A stretch of DNA of 63,968 nucleotides, filler included, from Octopus bimaculoides (GCF_001194135.2; 8 parts of 7 records of this genome joined end to end with filler, not necessarily neighbours in it), one strand, 5' to 3'; numbered from the whole stretch's first letter, positions 35,899-48,712 are shown. The notes: a model not told the origin generated them from the letters alone. Translations and numbers: made by a program.

Positions 35899-38104
35899 TA
35901 AACAGCAAGTAGATGTTGGCAAGCATGTGTGAGGATGTTAGTATGCTTTAAGTAGGTGAGTGTAAGAATCAAATGGTATGTGTTGTGTGTGTGTGTGTGT
36001 GGGGGGGGGGGCAAAGTGAAAGGAGACCAGGAGTTTGAAGTAAAATAATTGATTGTTGATTTCAATGGGAGAGAATGTTTTCAAATGTAAGTTCAGTAGT
36101 TATTTATGAGGGTATCCAATGAGTGATGAACTTTGGTGTTGAAGTCCAGCCTGAAAGGTCATAGTAGGAATGGTCAGTAGAATTGGGATGTATGCAATAG
36201 GTTTCAGATATTCAAAGCTGTTATGTTGCACATACTAACCTGCATCTGATTAATTCATATGCGTCAACAGTGTAGAGCTGGTATTTTATGCAATAATTTA
36301 CATTACTGGAGATAACAAGTGAAACTGCCCTTAACTTGTAAAGAAAACCTAAGATTATGTAACAGAGATTCAAAGAATAGGTTCTGCAGTAGAATTAAAT
36401 GGATGATCCATGTTGGGTGTGGAAAGAGATTCCATAGGTTGAGATTGTGTCTAAAAGAGTGAGCATAAGCAGGTTGGATTTGAGAAAATGGAAATTGAGA
36501 ATGGCATATTGGAGAGGGTAGAATGGAAGGTGAGGTAGGGAAAGGAATGCAGCTGGGATTTTTGCAGAGTTGTGGTTAATAATTTAGATGTGATGATGGA
36601 TTGTATCAATGGTAGGTTGAAGATAGTTTGAAGCATGGATAAAATTTGACCCCCCCCCCCCAAGCAGCTTGATATATTAACATTATTTTTATTTGTAGCA
36701 CAAATTTATTGGTTGTAATTTGTGTTGAAGTTCTTTTTACTGCTTTCAGAATTCTCTAGCACATCATAAATGTTTTAGAATCCAGTTCACCAAGATATTT
36801 GCATAAAGGATTTGTCAAATTTCCATGTAAAGTTTTTATATAATTCAGATACAAGAAACTAAAGATAGAACCTTAAAGTACACATAACTGAACTGGAACT
36901 TTACATACAATACTGTTAATGAGGTTATTTTCAAATAGTCTTTCATTTATTTATACCTGGATTACTTATTAACATGTAGATAACAGTATACTGTACTATG
37001 GCGGGAAATCAAAATATTAGTACCTGTATAACTGTGTAAAATAAATTTGGTTGTTACAATAGGACACTGGTCTAGATATTTTGTTGTTACTGGGAGGACT
37101 ATATGCCTAACAGCTTAAATATTTTAGCATTTTCTGGGGTTCACTATTCCACTTATTGGAATATGTCATCCAGCTGAGGCTTTTAATATCTATACCAATA
37201 ATTAACTGCTAATTATTTCCATATCAATCAGATACTGTGTATTTAGTGTGGAAAGAAAGGGTTGTTGTTTCACTTAGTTGGTACTTGATAATTTGTAATG
37301 TAATATGGTCTTTAATATAATTATTAAATAGCATTTTTTGATTCACTGGCTAAAAAATAGGCAGATGGCTTTTAATAAAGGAAATTTATTAGAATATAGC
37401 TTTTTGAGCCATGCTTAATAAGCAGGCCTTTTTTTTTTTTTGATGCTAGTAAACTGAAGTGAAGAGCATATAAATTTAATAATTTCATGAACCAAATGTT
37501 ATTTACTGGCTTAGTAAAATAGTCTAAAAGTAATAACTAATTGTTAGTATACTTGTCAAATGTCTCATAGAAGAGACGGTTACTAGGAAAGAGTTGGCAT
37601 CCTTAAAATTTTAGATTTAAAATACAATGAATTTTTTTTTTATCATTATTAGTTTGAATTGACAGTTTTAGTTGGGATGAGAACTGGAGTTTTCTAGATA
37701 TAGTTAAAGATAGAATAACTATGTTGGTATTGTGAAAAATGTCTTACTTTTATAGTTTGTGATTCATTGTTAAGTAATAGTGGGTTAGTACTACAATTAT
37801 TTTCTAGAGATGAGTAATATTTGTCCCAACCTAGAAAAAATGCCTTTTAATTTAGTGCTTAAATTTGTTATAAATGAACTTGAATTTTTCCACACCTTTG
37901 CAGAAGTATGCATGATACTATATTCAAAATTTTGGTTGGGAATTGTAATGATCTGGATGGAAAATACAACTAATAGTTTGCTTTTGAAATCTTATAAGAA
38001 ATAATAAAAATATATGGCATGTTTGTTTTATAACAAAAAGATTTCAATATTCATAGGTATTAAAAATATTTTAGATGTTTTATTTTTATGATTTTCTTCC
38101 TAGG

Positions 38105-38966
38105 AAGTTAGTTTTTGTTTGTGGCAGATGTTCAGGTGCAATAAAGACTGTAAACAAACAGGAAACAACTTCTATCTCATTCCAGAGTGAAAAACTAGAG
38201 GTAGTCGATAGCTTCCGCTATCTGGGCGACCAAGTTAGTAGTGGGGGTGGGTGTGCTGAAAGTGTAGCTGCTAGAATAAGAATAGCCTGGGCAAAGTTTA
38301 GAGAGCTCTTACCCCTGCTGGCAACAAAGGGACTCTCACTCAGAGTAAAAGGCAGACTGTATGACGCATGTGTACGAACAGCCATGCTACATGGCAGTGA
38401 AACATGGGCTGTAACTGCTGAGGACATACGTAAGCTCGCAAGNNNNNNNNNNNNNNNNNNNNNNNNNNNNNNNNNNNNNNNNNNNNNNNNNNNNNNNNNN
38501 NNNNNNNNNNNNNNNNNNNNNNNNNNNNNNNNNNNNNNNNNNNNNNNNNNNNNNNNNNNNNNNNNNNNNNNNNNNNNNNNNNNNNNNNNNNNNNNNNNNN
38601 NNNNNNNGGCGATGACTACTGACCGAGACCTTTGGAAATGTGCTGTGCGTGAGAAGACCCGGCAAGCCAAGTAAGATCGTTGCCAGTGCCCCTGGACTGG
38701 CTCTTGTGCGGGTGGCACATAAGATGCACCATTTTGAGCGTGGCCGTTGCCAGTATCGCCTGACTGGCCTTCGTGCAGGTGACACGTAAAAGCACCTACT
38801 ACACTCTCTGAGTGGTTGGCGTTAGGAAGGGCATCCAGCTGTAGAAACTCTGCCAAATTTAGATTGGAGCTTGGTGTTGCCATCCGGTTTCACCAGTCCT
38901 CAGTCAAGTCGTCCAACCCATGCTAGCATGGAAAGCGGACGTTAAACGATGATGATGATGATGATG
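38105..38966 (+). mobile_element. Younger 5'-truncated RTE LINE: RT C-terminus, 3' UTR, (GAT)n tail
   Basis: Open frame FVCGRCSG...SFRYLGD...RIAWAKFRELLPLL...LYDACVRTAMLHGSETW...DRDLWKCAVREKTRQAK*, then the tail GTTAAACGATGATGATG. Confidence 0.95.
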
Positions 38967-40303
38967 AAACTTATTGTTAAGAAAAGCTGGGGTGTGTGGC
39001 GTTCAGTTATTCCATAAATGAAAGATGCATTAAATACTACAAAATGTACACGTAGGACAGACACAGGGACCCTAATTCTTCCTCGGTTATTGACCAAAAA
39101 TACTAATACCCAGTTTCATGCCTTTAACAATAAAACTGGGAACTTCATATATTGGCGGCACCCGCAAGATTTGCGTAGAATTAGGGCTTGAGCAAACAAA
39201 ACAATAGAGGGTGGACATACGAAAGTAAACAAATGTAATTTGAAACAATAGATGAAGACAATAAATATAGCCTTTTGGCCAAACAATGAATGATGGATTA
39301 ACACCAGGAAGAAATCCTCAAATGGATATAAAAACAGAATTAGTACAAGAGGAGAAAAAGTTGACTAGCATGCTAGGCGTCCAGTGGTGAAAAGGCAGAA
39401 AATAGAAATTGAAAATCAGTCAAGGGTCACATATAGGCAGCAGATAGAAGGGAAGGAGGATGAGAGAGAGAGAACAAGGGGAAGGAAGGGAGAAAGTGTA
39501 CAATTAAGTGTGAGAAGACAAGAAAGAGAGAGAGAGAGGAAGTAGGGATGTTAGAGAAGGAATATTAGGACAAGAGAGAAAGAAAGCTAGTTGCAAAAAA
39601 TATATACAAACTTACTGTTAACTGAAGTTAGGATGCGTGGCATTCAGTCATTCCATAAATGAAAAATGCATTAAATACTACAAAATGTACACGTAGGACT
39701 AACACAAAGACCCTAATTCTTCCTCAGTTATACTAAAAATACTAATACCTAGTTTCATGCCTTTAACTGGGAACTTCGTATATTGGCAGCACTTGCAAGA
39801 TTTGCATAGAGTTAGGGCTTGAGCAAACAAACCAATACAAAGTGGACGTATGAAAGTAAACAAATGTAATTTGAAACGATAGATGAAGACAATAACTAAA
39901 GCTGTTTGGCCAAACATGAGAATGATGGATTAACGCCTGGAAGAAATCCTGAAATGGATATAAAAACAGAATTAGTAACAGCTGACGGAAGGGAAGGAGT
40001 ATGTGAGAGAGGGGGAGAGGGAGAACAGGGGAAGGGAGAAAGTGTACAATTAAGTATGAGAAGACGAGAGAAAGGGAGAGAGGAAGTAGGGATGCTAGAG
40101 AAGAAACATTAGGATGAGAGAGAAAAATGAAAAAGATTTTCAAAAAATATTAACAAATTTACTGTTAACAAAAGTCAGGATGTGTGGTGTTCAGTCATTC
40201 CATAAATGAAAAATGCAGTAAATACTACAAAATGTCTACATAGGACAGACACAAGGGCCCTAATTCTTCTTCAGTTATCGACCAAAAATACTAATACCCA
40301 GTT
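38967..40303. repeat. Tandem array of a ~0.6-kb unit (641 bp, 547 bp and a 149-bp partial)
   Basis: Units start at 38967, 39608 and 40155 with AAA(C/T)TTA(T/C)TGTTAA...TTCAGT.ATTCCATAAATGAAA and are diverged from each other. Confidence 0.9.
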
Positions 40304-40310
40304 ATATATA

Positions 40311-40349
<39 letters not shown>

Positions 40350-41722
40350 CATGCTTTAGCAGCTGAGGTGTGATATGATGTGAAATGGTCTTAGATAATT
40401 GGAAAATCTCTATTTTGTTAAAATGAATGTTGAAGCCCTTTATAAAAAGAATAAATGAGAGGTTTCTGTTCTAGTGCCAAGAAAAATATGTAACAATATG
40501 TAAATAAAGATTTATTGTTATCTTCATGATCTTCATTTAATATCCATGTTCCATACTGTCTTGGATTAGACAATTTTGCAGGATCTGACAGGCTGATGGA
40601 CTGCATTAGGATCCACTGTTTACTTTGGTGTGGTTTCTACTGCTGCATGCGCTTCCTAATGCCAATCAATTTAAAGAAAGTCCTGGGTACTTTTCTTTGT
40701 GCCACTAGCACTTGTGAGACTGCTATAGAACTTGCAAGACTGATCCCTGGTCTTATGCTTGGAGATGATGGGTTAAAGTATGAAAGAAGGGCCAGAGCAG
40801 AATAGTTTTCTTACTGTAAAGGAGCTGCATGACTACTCACCTTTAAAATCAGAGTGGAGTGATGTGGGTGGAGCTGGGAAGAGATAAAATAGCGAAGTAA
40901 AAGTGTTTATATATTTTACACATGTATTTTTCACTACAGTGTAATAAGATCTCTACAGTATATAATATATTATTGACAAAAAGTAATTAATAAGAAATTT
41001 AAATATTTCTCTTTTTCAATTTAGAGTTTAAAAGTTATTAGTTTAGCATTGGTCAAACTTGCATGTACCTTTGTCTTTTTTAAAAAATCTTTTATTGTAG
41101 TTTCCGTTAACTATACTTGAAATTTTAAATATTTACTAAATACTTATTTGTGGGGAAAAGTGAAGAGAAAAAGAAGTAATAAAGAAGTAGATATTAGAGC
41201 CTTTGTGGAAAAAGGTTAAACTGACAGAATATTGGTAAACCCTCTAAAATATTGAGAGGGTGGAATTCAGTTAATATTGGATAATTCAGCTATGTAAGGA
41301 AGTTAGAAAACCTTCCAATAGTTACTGTCATGCTGGTCAGATTGTTGGGAATGATGGGGAGAGAGAGGGGAAAAAGTTTTACTTTTAATAATTACTTTAA
41401 TATGACAAGGTGGTCAGCTAATTAAATGGGAACTTCTGAAGGTAGTAAATAACCTTTATGAAGTTAGTGTAAATTAGAGTTGAATTGTCGGCTACAAATA
41501 CTTAGAAACTGGAATGGGGAAATAAAGATTCTGTATTTCTGATGTAACAATTAAGATTGGTTCTTTCTGTTGTGCATTTGTTGACTTTGCAAACAACCTA
41601 TTGCAGAGTTATTCATTCATGCAAGCATAAAAATTTGCACTATAGTGACAAATGTTAATGAAAAATTGACACTGAATTACATCATCACTGCCATTCTTTA
41701 ATGTCCACCTATATATATATGT

Positions 41723-41772
<50 letters not shown>

Positions 41773-42495
41773 CAGGCTTCTTCCATTTTTCACCTATCTA
41801 ATCTACTCAAAGCTTTGATTGGCTTGGGCCTATGATAAAAAAAAAACACTTGACTAGAGTGCTGTGCAGTGGGACAACTCAAAATCACATGGTTGGGAAG
41901 TCAGCTTCTTAACTACACACCAATACCTACTACTAATTACAGTATTAAGAAAACAAGCAACTACCTTATATTTTCAAAGTAAGATCTTTAATAAGAAAAT
42001 ATAATATTTATTAGATTATTGTAACAAGTCTCACATGAATTCTTTTTGACTTACTTTTGCATCCAACTTAAAAAAAACAAATTCTTTTTTATTTTCTAGA
42101 TTTTATTTGATTGGAATTCTGTTACATTACTTACCCTTCTATAAACTCCCCCAATCATTTATGTAAAATATGTTTGTAACTTACTTAAACAAAGACATGT
42201 GAATTAAGCTTATTACATTGTGAAAAGCAGTCATATCAAAGAGCCTGCTTCATGGACAGTGTAAGTCATCAATGTCTATCTGGCTATCCATTCATTGCGG
42301 ACAATCTTCAATTGCATCCCACTGAAAGTATTATTTTTAAAACCAGATTTAAATACTTATTCATTGAATCCATAAATGCTTATATGTAATCATAAATTAT
42401 AAAATTTTCTTACTAGTTTGTAATATCCTCAGCTGTCTGATGAATGGTTATGTGAAATTCTGAATAACAGTTTGTGAACTCTCTCTCTCTTTGTG

Positions 42496-42539
<44 letters not shown>

Positions 42540-43137
42540 NNNNNNNNNNNNNNNNNNNNNNNNNNNNNNNNNNNNNNNNNNNNNNNNNNNNNNNNNNNNN
42601 NNNNNNNNNNNNNNNNNNNNNNNNNNNNNNNNNNNNNNNNNNNNNNNNNNNNNNNNNNNNNNNNNNNNNNNNNNNAGCCTTTTGTGAGTAGTCAACATAA
42701 TTATCAATAAAATACAAGGGGCAATTTGAGTGTTTCCCTTCTTATTCCAATATTGACTCTCTAACATTGTGGAAAATTTTGTACAGCAAGAAGTAGGTTG
42801 AAATTTTGTTGAGGTTTCAATCATTAGGTGAAACTATTTTACTCAACTTCTCATGCTCTTGGGAGAAAAAATGCCTGATTGTCAACTATCCGATATTTTT
42901 CCCCCTCTAAAATATCAGACCTTGGTGTTTAGTGTTGGAAAAGATGCTTTGCAGTATTTTTTTTTTTTTTTTTTTTTGACACTTTACATTCTGTGTTAGA
43001 ATCCTGCTATAGTCAAGTTTTGTCTTTCGATTGATGATATCACCTAAGCCTTCCTCTCAAAATTGCTGGCCTTTGTGCCTAAATTAGAAACAATTATTTA
43101 GAATCTTCTTCTTTTCAAAACTTATGTGACTTCGTCA

Positions 43138-43479
43138 CAGGCATGATTGTATGGTTAAGAAGTTTGCTTCCCAACCATCATCATCATCATCATCATCGTT
43201 TAACGTCCGCTTTTCATGCTAGCATGGGTTGGACGATTTGACTGAGGACTGGTGCAACCGGATGGCTACACCAGGCTCCAATCTAATTTGGCAGAGTTTC
43301 TACAGCTGGATGCCCTTCCTAACGCCAACCACTCAGAGAGTGTAGTGGGTGCTTTTACGTGTCACCCGCACGAAAACGGCCACGCTCGAAATGGTGTCTT
43401 TTATGTGCTACCCGCACAAGAGCCAGTCCAGGGGTACTGGCAACGATCTCGCTCGAAAACCCTACAAGGCCAGTCAGGT
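43138..43479 (-). mobile_element. RTE 3' UTR and tail (minus) inserted into a SINE A head (plus, 43138-43176)
   Basis: The SINE head TGTATGGTTAAGAAGTTTGCTTCCCAAC is cut directly by (CAT)n CGTTTAACGTCCGC, the reverse complement of the 38960 tail. Confidence 0.88.
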
Positions 43480-43579
43480 NNNNNNNNNNNNNNNNNNNNN
43501 NNNNNNNNNNNNNNNNNNNNNNNTTAATTAATTAANNNNNNNNNNNNNNNNNNNNNNNNNNNNNNNNNNNNNNNNNNNN

Positions 43580-43649
<70 letters not shown>

Positions 43650-43669
43650 TGTGTGTGTGTATACCGCTT

Positions 43670-44150
43670 GGTAAAGCTGGACCTTGAACACTGGCTCGCA
43701 GGCGCACTAAGTTTTAGCATTCTAGTTCACATGCAATGTTTACAGCAGTACCTGAAACGAACATGTGTATAATGTGATCGTCGCATTGACCATGACAGAA
43801 AGTTGTCATGGTGATACCTGCTCATATGCCTACACAAAATTGCAGAAAGTCTATGAAAAGAAGTGTATGAATCGCACAGAAGAGTGCGTTTCCAAAGAAT
43901 TTAATGTTTCCGTTGCACAAAATCTCTTTGATTGTGTCATGAACAATGAACACTGTCTGAAAACATTGCAGAGGCCTCTGAGTAGGTATCGCCAAGCTTT
44001 TGGCAAGCTTTGATGCAGATTTTCTGCTCGACTCTCTCTATCAATGTCAATGCGACGATCACACGCTACATTCCTTCCTTCCAAGCATTGCTGTAGACAG
44101 CAGAAGTGCTCTAGTCCAAGGTCAATTTGTGCCAAACGGCTTTACTCTAC
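43670..44150. repeat. Degenerate foldback (probable palindromic MITE) with a perfect 18-bp inverted core
   Basis: TGTGATCGTCGCATTGAC (43773-43790) is the reverse complement of 44046-44063; weaker inverted similarity continues inward and outward. Confidence 0.6.
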
Positions 44151-45068
44151 ATGCTTTAGCCTCATTACTATGGCAACAGTCGAGATACGTTTTGATTAGT
44201 CCACGTATAGTGTTCTTTTATATGTGCGTCTCATTTTTCTTCAATTCTCTTCATACGTATTCCGCGGGGTCGTCTTATCGTGCATATGAATATGAAAGAA
44301 AAAAAGTAACATCATCTCAAAATATGAGTTTCGCAAAACTATATATTCACTGTGGGTTTAGTGTGAAAAATAATACATAAAATGGCATAAACTGTGCAAA
44401 TATAGAAGTTACATGTTTCTACAATTTGTATGGCGTGACATGAAAGTTAACAACACTATATGACTTCTTACAAGGGAAGAAAAGTCATATTAGCTTTAAT
44501 TACAAGTTAACACATTTGACCTTCTTATAGTTGAAAATAAGATGGTGAATGTTTCTACAGCTATCTTGTCCTGTTTTTCTTTAAATAATTGTCAATGCTC
44601 AGCTTCTTGTAACTTATCTAAGCATTTAAAATGTTAACTGCAAACACACACGCACACACACATACACACGCACAGACATATCTACACACATTTATACAAA
44701 TATACACACATACACCAAATATCATGCTCCTTAAAATTATACACACACATATAAACACACACACCTATACATATATATGCTTATTGCATTCAATATATAT
44801 ATATTTATTCACAACTATTTATTTTGAAATTCTGAAATATGTGTTAAAATTTAGTATTGACATTTTTGAAACATTTAAAAATTCCATTTACACCATGTTA
44901 TTATTGTTTTTTTGTTTTTTTTAAGTTCTCTCACGTTTCATATTTTACTGGTAGTAGCTACCTCTCTGTGGATAAAGCACTCACACATACATGCACGCAC
45001 TTATACGCATGCACACACCCACACATTATCGACGCATACACACCCAAACACGCACACCTGCACATATG

Positions 45069-45105
<37 letters not shown>

Positions 45106-46296
45106 GTTTCACTCTCCTCTTCCCTCCCTCTTTCTCAGTCACATTCATGCAATTATATAAATACTTACGTGACCCGTGAATATTTCACGGAATTAATGGT
45201 AAACCTATTGGGTTACTTCTGAAAACTTTATCCAAAAAACCTGAAAGCGTAACTTGTGTTGTGTCTGTATGGAAAGATAGTTGCTCATCTGCTACTCATT
45301 GAAAAGCGAAAAAATTGGAATACGATGATTACTTAATGCACTTTATATATATATGCACTTAACATACTCTACGACATAATCGCTGTACCCCTTGCCCCGA
45401 AATTCTTGGCCTTATGTTAAAATTTGAAATCTATACCTATATATACATATAGTGGCGAAACCTGTTGGTCATTTACTGATATATCAGTAATATATTAAAT
45501 ACACATGTATATTTTACAACAAGAATCCTCTCGTTTATATTTCTGATATCTCTTACCCAATACTGTTAGTTTTATAATCAGTTATCTAATATTTGACAAT
45601 ATTCATGTGTGCCAAATTTAATTGATCTATTTTACATCTAAAATATTTATTACATTTGACTCCGCTTATTTATTGCCATATACATATATCTACGTTCAAA
45701 AGGCTTGCCAAATTGCACGGTATTTGCTAAACGTTGGGGTGAAGAAGATGAGTTTGTTTCAGATCACATATTTGTCTGCATTATTCTCTCCACATCTGCT
45801 CACCTGGATTCCCATTATAGTCATTATTCACCCTCGTTAGATATTTCAAATGTAAGTGTAAGTTAAAATCATTTCCGCTGTACAGACTTGTTACCACATT
45901 GAGAATCTGTTGGTCTTGTCTGATTATATTATATAATAGATATGTATATATATAAATATAAATAATATATATATGCATATATACATACGTATGCGTACAT
46001 ACTTACATGTATACGTATATACATATGCATATGTGGGCACAGGATGTCACAAAACATAAGCAAGAAGTACGAACTATAAGGACATGGAATATGAACTCTT
46101 TTGCGAACAACGAAAGAAACAATGGAAAACAAGAGAAACAACACAAAGAATGACACTTCATCAGTAGTCGGAAGATTTTCTTATTGGTATTTTGAGCATT
46201 TCGGGATAAGACACGCCTTCGATAAAACAGTTGCTCCCGCAAAGCAAATTGACTAAAATTTGGGATTTTGTGGAGGGTCAAAATTGGTGACAAAAA

Positions 46297-46469
46297 CAGG
46301 AAGGTCTGCTAAGCCTAAACCGGGTTCTGGTGGTGGACGCTAAAATCAAGTTTGGACAGGAGACACACGAGAATATGTCTTCCTTGTCCAGCTGCAACAG
46401 GAAGAAAGAATGAAACACAAATTAGGAGAAGAAAGATAAATGACCTTTGGTCACGTGGGAGCCACGTGA
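46297..46469 (-). promoter_or_regulatory. Candidate promoter: ETS-like CAGGAAG x2 and an inverted E-box pair
   Basis: CAGGAAG at 46297 and 46398; TCACGTGG-GAG-CCACGTGA at 46451-46469; unique CpG-containing sequence. Confidence 0.45.
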
Positions 46470-46793
46470 GCATAGGAGGAGGAGTGAGGGAGAGTAAAAT
46501 ATTTGGAGATAGGATAAGAGAGAAAAAAAGAGAGGGAGAGGAGAAGGTAAAAATAAGAGAAAGGAAGGTAGAAAATGAAAACGAGGATAGAATAGTGGGA
46601 GAAGAGAAAGAAAGAGAGAAAAGAAAGAGTAAAAGGATTGAATAGTAGGAGAAGAGGAGGTAAAAGAATAAGAGATAAGAAGAGAGATAAAAACGAAAGA
46701 GTAATACGAAGAATAGAGAGTCGCAGCAGAATTAAGATAAAACATACTTGGAAAAGGATGTGTGGTGTTCAATCATATAATAATATAAATAAT

Positions 46794-47277
46794 AGGTACA
46801 GGAGTGGCTGTGTGGTAGGTAGCTTGCTTACCAACCACATGGTCCCGGGTTCAGTCCCACTGCGTGGCTCCTTGGACAAGTGTCTTCTACTATAGCTTCG
46901 GGCCGACCGAAGCCTTGTGAGTGGACTTGGTAGACGGAAACTAGTAGAAACCCGTCGTATATGTATATNNNNNNNNNNNNNNNNNNNNNNNNNNNNNNNN
47001 NNNNNNNNNNNNNNNNNNNNNNNNNNNNNNNNNNNNNNNNNNNNNNNNNNNNNNNNNNNNNNNNNNNNNNNNNNNNNNNNNNNNNNNNNNNNNNNNNNNN
47101 NNNNNNNNNNNNNNNNNNNNNNNNNNNNNNNNNNNNNNNNNNNNNNNNNNNNNNNNNNNNNNNNNNNNNNNNNNNNNNNNNNNNNNNNNNNNNNNNNNNN
47201 NNNNNNNNNNNNNNNNNNNNNNNNNNNNNNNNNNNNNNNNGTTCCAGCATGGCCGCAGTCAAATGAATGAAACAAGT
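46794..47277 (+). mobile_element. SINE family A spanning a gap
   Basis: Head and core at 46794-46968; tail end resumes at 47241. Confidence 0.85.
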
Positions 47278-47543
47278 ATAAGTGTGTACGCATACATATG
47301 TGTATGTGTATGGTTATGTATGCGTATGTAGATAGATGTTTGTATATATGTGGGTATACTTGTAGATATGTGTATGTGTGTGTATGTATATGTGTATATG
47401 TGTGCATGTATATATAATTGTATATATATATATATATATAGGTTTAGATTTAGATTCAAAATTGAATATGGTACTTATGTTTAGGCACCAGAATATAGTA
47501 TGCTATGGTATTATACAAAAACCATTCCAAAAACGAGGTGATC

Positions 47544-48037
47544 AAAAAGTCAAAATAAGCAACACGGATCTTAAAGATGATTGCAGTACGCACGTTTCAT
47601 GCTACTCCATTTATTTAAGTAATGCGAGCATTATATTAAATGCAATACCTAGAGCAATCTTCAGCTGCACGAAAATGCAGAAAATTACAGTAGAATAGAC
47701 ATATTATAATTGTGTCAACATTTCAAATCTAAGTGAGAAAAAGAATACATAAAAATCCATCTTGACATAGCCAAGGCTATCAGGCTAGTTATATATATAT
47801 AATAGCCTTGGCTATGTCAAGATGGATTTTTATGTATTCTTTTTCTCACTTGGATTTGAAATGTTGCCACAATTATAATATGTCTATTCTACTGTAAGTT
47901 TCTGCATTTTAGTGCAGCTGAAGATTGCTCTACATATTGCATTTAATGTAATGCTCGCACTACTTAAATAAATGGAGTAGCATGAAACGTGCGTACTGCA
48001 ATCATCTTTAAAATCCGTGTTGCTTATTTTGATTTTT
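47544..48037. repeat. Long inverted repeat (arms 47544-47780 and 47802-48037, 21-nt spacer)
   Basis: Manual alignment gives about 10 mismatches and no indels over ~235 bp. Confidence 0.95.
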
Positions 48038-48668
48038 ATATATATATATATATATATATATGGATATATATGTATGTGTGTGTGTGTTGTGTGTGAGTGT
48101 GTGTGTGTGTATGTGTGCGTGTGTGTGTGTATATGTGTGTGTAGGCGTGTGGGTGTGTTGGTATTTCTGGTTATGGTCTCTGGTATGTAACGCTATTTTT
48201 AACCATGGTTTGGTTAATATAAAATATATAAAGCCTTGTATACCCATCAATTGATTGATTTGTCAATTAATTATTTACTTACTTGAGTGGTTGAATGATT
48301 AGCTGATCGATGGATGGACTGATGAAATGGTTAATTAGTCGTTAGACTAATAAGTTATTGAAGATACTCAAATCTAGGGTAATGCATTCGAGTAATCTTA
48401 TAGTATTGCTGTGTTATTGTTTTGTTACTTCACCCCATTATTATAGTGTGATCGTGTATGTGTATATATATACACACGAATATTTATTTATTTATTTCTA
48501 TCCGTATATAAACTTCTTGGTAATTTATTTAGTGTGTGTATTATTTATATACACTTCATTTGTATAAGTATATACAGGTATGTGAGTATGTATATATGTG
48601 TGTATGTGTGAACCTATGTGTGCACGTAGATAAATATATAAGTGCGCATATATGTGTATATGTATATG

Positions 48669-48712
<44 letters not shown>

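Noticed and set aside
40583-40805. Open frame SDRLMDCIRIHCLLWCGFYCC...RARAE after an acceptor-like TTTTGCAG
   Set aside because: No recognisable domain, weak pyrimidine tract, and a length compatible with chance.
42431-42468. CTGATGA...GAAA...CTGA, snoRNA C/D or hammerhead-like
   Set aside because: The C-to-D distance is only ~16 nt, too short for a snoRNA, and stems II and III do not form.
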